NCBI GenBank assembly: GCA_965214315.1
Contig: CBDCBP010000007.1
Location: forward strand, 101,877 to 165,876
Direction: 5' to 3'
DNA length: 64,000 bases
Source of the DNA: Puia sp.
GTDB taxonomy: Bacteria > Bacteroidota > Bacteroidia > Chitinophagales > Chitinophagaceae
Shown here: one piece after another, positions 58,949-64,000 of the stretch
Position numbering within the stretch: the first letter of the stretch is position 1
Layout: each line of letters starts with the position of its first letter
Made by a program: the position numbers and the translations under genes
The notes under the pieces: generated by a model
The model's input: the letters and a program-made list of their open reading frames with translations, nothing else
What the model was told of the DNA's origin: nothing
Databases searched by the model: none

Positions 58949-60010
58949 ATGACATCGGAGAAAAAGAATATACGGCAATTGACGCTCAGCGAATTAGAGC
59001 AATACTTCGAAACGCTGGGCGAAAAGAAATTCCGTGTAAAACAGGTCTGGGAATGGCTTTGGGCCAAACACGCCCATAGCTTTGGGCAAATGACCAACCT
59101 CAGCAAGGAACTCCGCCAACAGCTCACCGACAACTTCTCCCTCCCCGCCCTGACCATCGACGCCACCCAGTATTCCGCGGACGGAACAATAAAAAGCCGG
59201 TTCCGCACTGTCGATAAACATCTTGTCGAAGGCGTCCTCATCCCTACCGACGAACGCAAGACAGCCTGCGTCTCCTCACAGATTGGCTGCTCGCTTAGCT
59301 GTAAGTTCTGCGCCACCGGCTATATGGCCCGCAAACGCAATCTCGACTACGACGAGATCTATGACGAAGTCGTTCTCCTCAGCCAGCAATCCGAGCGCGT
59401 CTACGGCAAGAAACTCTCCAACATTGTCTTCATGGGCATGGGCGAGCCCCTGCTGAACTATAAGAACGTCCTTAACGCCATCGAACGCATCACAGCAGAA
59501 GACGGGCTCGCCATGAGCCCCCGCCGCATCACCGTATCGACCGCGGGCGTGGCCAAGATGATCCGGCAACTCGGCGATGACAAGGTCAAATTCAAACTCG
59601 CCGTGTCTCTCCACGCGGCCAATGACAAAAAGCGCAACGAGATCATGCCCATCAATGAGAGCAATAACATCAAGGCCCTCATCGACGCGCTGAATTATTT
59701 CTACCAGCAGACAGGCAATGAGATCACCTTCGAATACATCCTGTTCAAGGACTTCAATGACAGCCGCCAGGATGCCGAAGAACTGGTCAAACTCTTCCGC
59801 CAGGTGCCCGCCGACCTCGTGAACATCATCGAATACAACCCCATCGAACAGGCCCTCTTCGCAAAACCCGAAGAATACACCGTCCAACAGTTCATGCAAC
59901 ACCTCGAAAAGAACCGCGTAAACGCACGCCTCCGCCGCAGCCGTGGAAAAGACATCGACGCCGCCTGCGGCCAACTCGCCAACAAAGACCAACTCGCCAA
60001 TAACGCATAG
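58949..60010 (+). CDS. rlmN: 23S rRNA A2503/tRNA A37 C2-methyltransferase RlmN
   Basis: It contains the radical SAM motif CSLSCKFC, then VFMGMGEP, LAVSLHA and DIDAACGQL. Confidence 0.98.
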   Translation: MTSEKKNIRQLTLSELEQYFETLGEKKFRVKQVWEWLWAKHAHSFGQMTNLSKELRQQLTDNFSLPALTIDATQYSADGTIKSRFRTVDKHLVEGVLIPTDERKTACVSSQIGCSLSCKFCATGYMARKRNLDYDEIYDEVVLLSQQSERVYGKKLSNIVFMGMGEPLLNYKNVLNAIERITAEDGLAMSPRRITVSTAGVAKMIRQLGDDKVKFKLAVSLHAANDKKRNEIMPINESNNIKALIDALNYFYQQTGNEITFEYILFKDFNDSRQDAEELVKLFRQVPADLVNIIEYNPIEQALFAKPEEYTVQQFMQHLEKNRVNARLRRSRGKDIDAACGQLANKDQLANNA

Positions 60011-60035
60011 CCGTTTCCCGGCGGCAACCCCCGCC

Positions 60036-60404
60036 TGTGCCGTACCACAGGCCTTTATAATTGACGCCAAACAATCCAATAAACCTATTCTTATTCTACT
60101 ATCCCTGAGCCCTTTCAAGAATCTATCCGCGTAAAACAACAGACGTAGCATCAATACTCAATTTCTTACTGCGGGCTTTCCATCCGGTATCATCTCGAAT
60201 GTAATTCCAGCGGCCACCACCCAAAACATTTGGCTTGCTTGTATTGGAAAAAGATTCATGCGCTTCGATGGCAAGCGATTCGAGAATTTCGATGCGTACA
60301 ATTCTCTTATCCGAAATCCCACTGTCGCCGACCTCGTGATCGACCGGAACGGCAATAAATGGCTGGCTACTGTCAACGGCTTGGTATTTACCGACCTCAA
60401 ATGA
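60036..60404 (+). pseudogene. Remnant of a Reg_prop-type beta-propeller gene
   Basis: Hand translation gives ...AFIIDAKQ...KNLSA*NNRRSINTQFLTAGFPSGIISNVI...NIWLACIGKRFMRFDGKRFENFDAYNSLIRNPTVADLVIDRNGNKWLATVNGLVFTDLK*. There is an in-frame TAA at 60132-60134 and no suitable start. Confidence 0.7.
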
Positions 60405-60423
60405 CACAGCATTTACAGTTAAA

Positions 60424-60466
60424 TGGACTATCTTAGTAGTCCGAATCAAACCTATCGGGTAGTCCA
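60424..60466. promoter_or_regulatory. Candidate MocR operator (TGGACTA / TAGTCCR boxes)
   Basis: TGGACTA (60424-60430), TAGTCCG (60437-60443) and TAGTCCA (60460-60466) lie right before the regulator ATG. Confidence 0.55.
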
Positions 60467-60468
60467 CT

Positions 60469-61938
60469 ATGCTCCCCTGGAAAAGCATCATCCAACTGCA
60501 AAAAGAAGGCGAATGCCCCATCTACCTGCAGATCGCCAATGCGATCAGCCTGGAGATAAAAAAAGGCCATCTCGGGCCCGGCGTCAAACTACCCGGCACC
60601 CGCCAGTTATCCGATCTGCTCGACGTCCACCGCATTACCGTTGTCCGGGCCTACGAGGAACTCGATGCCCAGGGCTGGATCGAAATGCGCCCCGCAAAAG
60701 GCTCGTTCACCAGCTGGGACCTTCCCGAAAGCAAACCCCGCCTCCTCACCAAAGATCAAAAAAGAGCAAGCGCCTTCGCCCCCACCACCGGCTACGATAT
60801 ACCAGTCAACAAATGGATCAAGACGCCCGCATCCCCCAACAGACACATCACCGGCTTTCACGACGGCCCCGATCCACGCCTCATCCCGGTCAATGATATT
60901 GCCAAGGCATTCCGCTCCGTCATGGTCAAAAAGGTGAACGCGAAATACACCTCTTATGTAGAGACCGCCGGCGTTACCCGCTTCCGGAGCATCCTCTCGA
61001 ACTACCTCAACGATACCCGGGGACTGCAAACGAACTTCGAGAATATCCTTATCTCCCGCGGCAGCACGATGGGACTTTATATGCTGACTGCCGTCCTGTT
61101 CACCAGGGGTGATAGCGTCATCGTGGGCGACCCCAACTATTATTATGCCGACCGAACGTTCCTGAATGCAGGGATGGACCTCGTCCGCGTCCCCGTCGAC
61201 GACGCCGGCATCGATGTAGATGCGATAGAAAAAGCTTGCCTCAAAAAAAAGATAAAAGCGATCTACATCACTTCTCACCATCACCACCCGACAACCGTTA
61301 CCCTCTCCGCGGCCCGCCGTATCCGCCTCCTTGACCTCGCCTCAACATATGGCTTCATCATCATCGAAGACGATTATGATTACGACTTCCATTACTGCAG
61401 CAGTCCCATCCTGCCGCTCGTGAGCTCTGATACAAAAGGAATGGTCATCTATATCGGGACGCTTAGCAAAACACTTTCACCGGCTATGCGTACTGGCTAT
61501 GTGATCGCGCCAGTCAACCTCATCCAGGAACTCGCACGCTTACGGCAGATCATAGACAGCCAGGGCGACCCTATCCTCGAACTGGCTCTCTGCGACCTGT
61601 TCGAAGATGGCACCATCAAACGGCACCTGAAAAAATCACTCCACGAATACCACCTGCGCCGGGATTTTGTCTGCAGCCAACTCGCCAACCGCTTCGCAGG
61701 TATCATAGACTTCCGCCCACCCGATGGAGGCCTGGCCATCTGGGCCAAATTCGACCCGGCCATCTCCCTGCCAAAACTCGCCGAGAAAATGAAGGCTGAA
61801 AACGTAATTCTCTCTAATGGATTGATCCACAACTCAGGTCCCGTCAGCCTCAACGCCACCCGCATGGGGTTTGGTTGGATGACCGTCGAAGAGTCGGCAA
61901 AAGCCCTCGACATCCTGGAATCCGTCGTCAAACGTTAA
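60469..61938 (+). CDS. MocR/GabR-type GntR regulator (wHTH + PLP-dependent aminotransferase domain)
   Basis: The HTH part reads IYLQIANAI...KLPGTRQLSDLLDVHRITVVRAYEEL. The aminotransferase part has IIEDDYDYDFHY and GTLSKTLSPAMRTGY. Confidence 0.95.
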   Translation: MLPWKSIIQLQKEGECPIYLQIANAISLEIKKGHLGPGVKLPGTRQLSDLLDVHRITVVRAYEELDAQGWIEMRPAKGSFTSWDLPESKPRLLTKDQKRASAFAPTTGYDIPVNKWIKTPASPNRHITGFHDGPDPRLIPVNDIAKAFRSVMVKKVNAKYTSYVETAGVTRFRSILSNYLNDTRGLQTNFENILISRGSTMGLYMLTAVLFTRGDSVIVGDPNYYYADRTFLNAGMDLVRVPVDDAGIDVDAIEKACLKKKIKAIYITSHHHHPTTVTLSAARRIRLLDLASTYGFIIIEDDYDYDFHYCSSPILPLVSSDTKGMVIYIGTLSKTLSPAMRTGYVIAPVNLIQELARLRQIIDSQGDPILELALCDLFEDGTIKRHLKKSLHEYHLRRDFVCSQLANRFAGIIDFRPPDGGLAIWAKFDPAISLPKLAEKMKAENVILSNGLIHNSGPVSLNATRMGFGWMTVEESAKALDILESVVKR

Positions 61939-61939
61939 C

Positions 61940-61981
61940 TGGACTACTCGGTATATAATAACTGGCTGCCACAATAGTCCG
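61940..61981. promoter_or_regulatory. Second candidate MocR operator
   Basis: TGGACTA (61940-61946) and TAGTCCG (61975-61981) lie just before a TAACTTTA -7-like box of the gene at 62020. Confidence 0.55.
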
Positions 61982-62019
61982 CAAGTCGCCTAACTTTATG
62001 GCATCAAAAACACAAAGCC

Positions 62020-62463
62020 ATGAAGAAGATCACAATCGCCGCGCTCAGCTTCCTCCTTCTCTTAAGAGTCTCGGCCGCTAGAGGTCCCGAAGTAAAAGAA
62101 AACCTGCAACTATCCTTTCAAAAAGACTTCCCCAATGCAGAGAACATCCACTGGGGCGAGGACAGTCACGGTTACAGCGTCACCTTTACCGTCAAATCCA
62201 TCCTCACCCGCATCACCTATGATAAAAAGGGCAAGTTCACCGGTTCATTGCGCAATTACTCCGAGCAGATCCTCCCTTACTATCTCACCAGTAAACTAAA
62301 AAAGAAATATCCCGGCCAGGACATCTACGGCGTCACCGAGATCACCACACCCAATGACGTCACCTATTTCGTAAAATTGCAAAGCGAAAAATACTGGACC
62401 ACCGTCCGCATCGATCCCGACGGCACCAGCGACATCGTCGAGCAATACGGTCGCGATAACTAA
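62020..62463 (+). CDS. Secreted PepSY-like / BLIP-like hypothetical protein
   Basis: It has a signal peptide, then SFQKDFPNAENIHW...YSVTF...ITYDKKGKF and LPYYLTSKLKKKYPG, a typical Bacteroidota pattern. Confidence 0.7.
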   Translation: MKKITIAALSFLLLLRVSAARGPEVKENLQLSFQKDFPNAENIHWGEDSHGYSVTFTVKSILTRITYDKKGKFTGSLRNYSEQILPYYLTSKLKKKYPGQDIYGVTEITTPNDVTYFVKLQSEKYWTTVRIDPDGTSDIVEQYGRDN

Positions 62464-62465
62464 AC

Positions 62466-62492
62466 AAAAGAACCCGCGCTGCGGGTTTTTTC
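62466..62492 (+). terminator. Intrinsic terminator
   Basis: AACCCGC-GCT-GCGGGTT is followed by a T-tract. Confidence 0.75.
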
Positions 62493-62587
62493 GGTTAAAC
62501 GGTCAATTTTCCAGGTATTTACGACCTACCGCCAATTAAACGATTCATGCGTTAGCCAATCTTAAACCCAATAAAACAGGTAAAACC

Positions 62588-63505
62588 ATGAAACGAACAA
62601 TCTCTTCCCTGCTAATAAAGGTTTGTATCCTTTTAGGGGCCTTCTTCCTGGGTATGGCAGCACGCACACGCGCACAAAGCCCCACCCCGAATCAGCAACC
62701 ATCCGATACCACCCACCACCATTATGGCATGCACCGCGGTTGGGGTAACAGACAAGGCGGAGACAGCCTCGCCAAACGCGACGGCTTCCGCAAAGGCCGA
62801 AGCGACCACAACGGCTTCCGTGATGGTCGCGGTGAAGAAGGGCGTGATGAAGAAGGGCGCGCTTGGGGCCACGGCAGAGAAGGCCGGGGCAGAGAAGGCC
62901 GCAACTGGGACCACGGACAGCACGGCTGGGCATCTCACGGCGGTCGCCACCACGGTTTCGAACACGAAAGGATCCACTATACGCCTGAACAATGCCAACA
63001 GCAAAGGGCCATCAATAAGGAATTCGAAGAAAAATCCGAAGCCCTGTTCGCTCAAGACAATATCACCCTGAAACAATACAAAGCCGGCCTCATCGTCTTG
63101 CAAAAGGATAAGAAAGCAAAGCTGGCAGCCTTGATCACACCGCAACAGAAAAATGAAATGGCCGAACGCCGCATGCACATGACCGAAAACGACCAGGTCA
63201 TGGCAGTAGCCCGGCTCGAAAGGCTCCGGCTTCACCTGAACCTCACCGATGACCAGGTCGCAAAGCTCAAAGCCGGTCAGCAGAACCTGCGCAGCCAGGC
63301 AAAAGCCATTCATGAGAACGACAACCTGCTGCCACAGGAAAAAAGAGAGCAAATGAAAGCCCTCTTAGCCAAACGCAACGACACTTATAAAGCTGTGCTT
63401 ACACCCGAACAATTTTCCCAATTCGAAAAAATGCACCATCGCCCCGGCGGCCGGCACTTCGGCGGCGGCCCCAACGGCCCCGGAGAACCCGGCTCCGCGA
63501 TCTAA
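62588..63505 (+). CDS. Secreted Spy/CpxP-like helical protein with a Gly/Arg/His-rich insert
   Basis: It has a signal peptide and the motifs YTPEQ, LITPQQK, LNLTDDQVAKLK and VLTPEQFSQF. Confidence 0.7.
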   Translation: MKRTISSLLIKVCILLGAFFLGMAARTRAQSPTPNQQPSDTTHHHYGMHRGWGNRQGGDSLAKRDGFRKGRSDHNGFRDGRGEEGRDEEGRAWGHGREGRGREGRNWDHGQHGWASHGGRHHGFEHERIHYTPEQCQQQRAINKEFEEKSEALFAQDNITLKQYKAGLIVLQKDKKAKLAALITPQQKNEMAERRMHMTENDQVMAVARLERLRLHLNLTDDQVAKLKAGQQNLRSQAKAIHENDNLLPQEKREQMKALLAKRNDTYKAVLTPEQFSQFEKMHHRPGGRHFGGGPNGPGEPGSAI

Positions 63506-63583
63506 CAGATTCATTCGTCGATTTTAATTGTCGTCTGACGAAGTGCTTCACCCCTTCTCCCAAAGCCACATTAGCTTCGTGGG

Positions 63584-63751
63584 ATGAGACGCATTTTTCT
63601 TCTGCTTTCGACTACCGTCCTAATGACGCTGACAACCCCAGGCTCCGCATCGAAGTTCGTAAGCAGCAGCAAAACACGGATCGACTCAACCCCTACGGTC
63701 AACCCAATAACCCCATGCCCAACAACCAGCCATCCGAAATTCTTACGCTAA
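63584..63751 (+). CDS. Possible 55-aa secreted small protein
   Basis: Hand translation gives MRRIFLLLSTTVLMTLTTPGSASKFVSSSKTRIDSTPTVNPITPCPTTSHPKFLR*. It has a signal-like N-terminus and a TAGCTTCG box just upstream. Confidence 0.4.
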   Translation: MRRIFLLLSTTVLMTLTTPGSASKFVSSSKTRIDSTPTVNPITPCPTTSHPKFLR

Positions 63752-63800
63752 AAATAAGGCAAACCGTATATCTGGGATCTCGCAGTGAAGTAGCAGTTCT

Positions 63801-63912
63801 TGGTTCGTTAGTCCGCCCTCTTCCGGGGGTGGGCTTTTTTTACACCGCATTAAAATTCTAGGATTAATTCCTGGTTGTTTAGTCCGCCCTCTTCTGGGGG
63901 TGGGCTTTTTTT
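63801..63912 (+). repeat. Two 41-bp direct repeats, each a terminator-like hairpin plus T7, separated by 30 bp
   Basis: The unit TGGTTnnTTAGTCCGCCCTCTTCYGGGGGTGGGCTTTTTTT occurs at 63801-63841 and 63872-63912. Confidence 0.9.
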
Positions 63913-63938
63913 GTACCTTTCAAATTAAAAACTACCCC

Positions 63939-64000
63939 ATGCGCATCATTGTTGTTGCTACCTGCATTGCCGCCGTTCTTTTTACATCCTCCGCTATCCC
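63939..64000 (+). CDS. Start of a secreted protein (partial)
   Basis: The ATG after AAAAACTACCCC gives MRIIVVATCIAAVLFTSSAI, which is signal-peptide-like and runs off the window. Confidence 0.6.
   Translation, partial: MRIIVVATCIAAVLFTSSAI

Noticed and set aside
12025-59682. Many long antisense ORFs opposite core genes (e.g. 26640-27515, 35626-36282, 38093-39067, 59276-60154)
   Set aside because: They are expected from the high GC and strong codon bias, show no protein motifs, and fully overlap well-supported genes.
63801-63912. Minimal CRISPR array (41-bp repeat, 30-bp spacer)
   Set aside because: There are only two imperfect copies, the structure is a hairpin plus U-tract like a terminator, and no cas genes are in the window.
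1-64000. tRNA, rRNA, riboswitch or prophage genes
   Set aside because: None were recognisable by eye. A tRNAscan-SE/Infernal run would be needed to exclude them formally.

Overview
This is a Bacteroidota chromosome window, most likely Chitinophagaceae judging from gene content, AT-rich start contexts and TAnnTTTG promoters. Positions 1-11.8 kb form an accessory island just downstream of the 3' end of mnmE. It holds a signal-peptide DUF6443/RHS polymorphic-toxin-like gene that runs off the left edge and is missing from the ORF track. Its YD-repeat partner gene has lost its 5' end at an IS3-family element (7815-9126) that has no target-site duplication and carries an outward-facing promoter-like motif. 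The island also holds a partly decayed, defence-like three-gene cassette: a peptidase-like fragment, a Schlafen/AlbA_2 gene, and a Swt1-type HEPN nuclease fused to an unknown beta-rich domain. The rest is mostly core genome: mnmE, a T9SS-type-B protein, two TonB paralogues around a beta-propeller/six-hairpin protein, exbB-exbD-exbD-tonB, a MacB-like permease, the full nuoA-N operon with an extra 66-aa membrane ORF, TPR and PstS-like genes, LMW-PTP, hisS, a DUF4836-like gene and two large ABC permeases. Further right are a cytochrome b/molybdopterin oxidoreductase pair, three paralogous 2-TM proteins, a thiolase, a methyltransferase, a two-component system with a lactonase-like lipoprotein, rlmN, a propeller pseudogene, a MocR regulator with candidate operators, secreted proteins and tandem terminator-like repeats. 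All family calls come from motif recognition by eye; no database searches were run.
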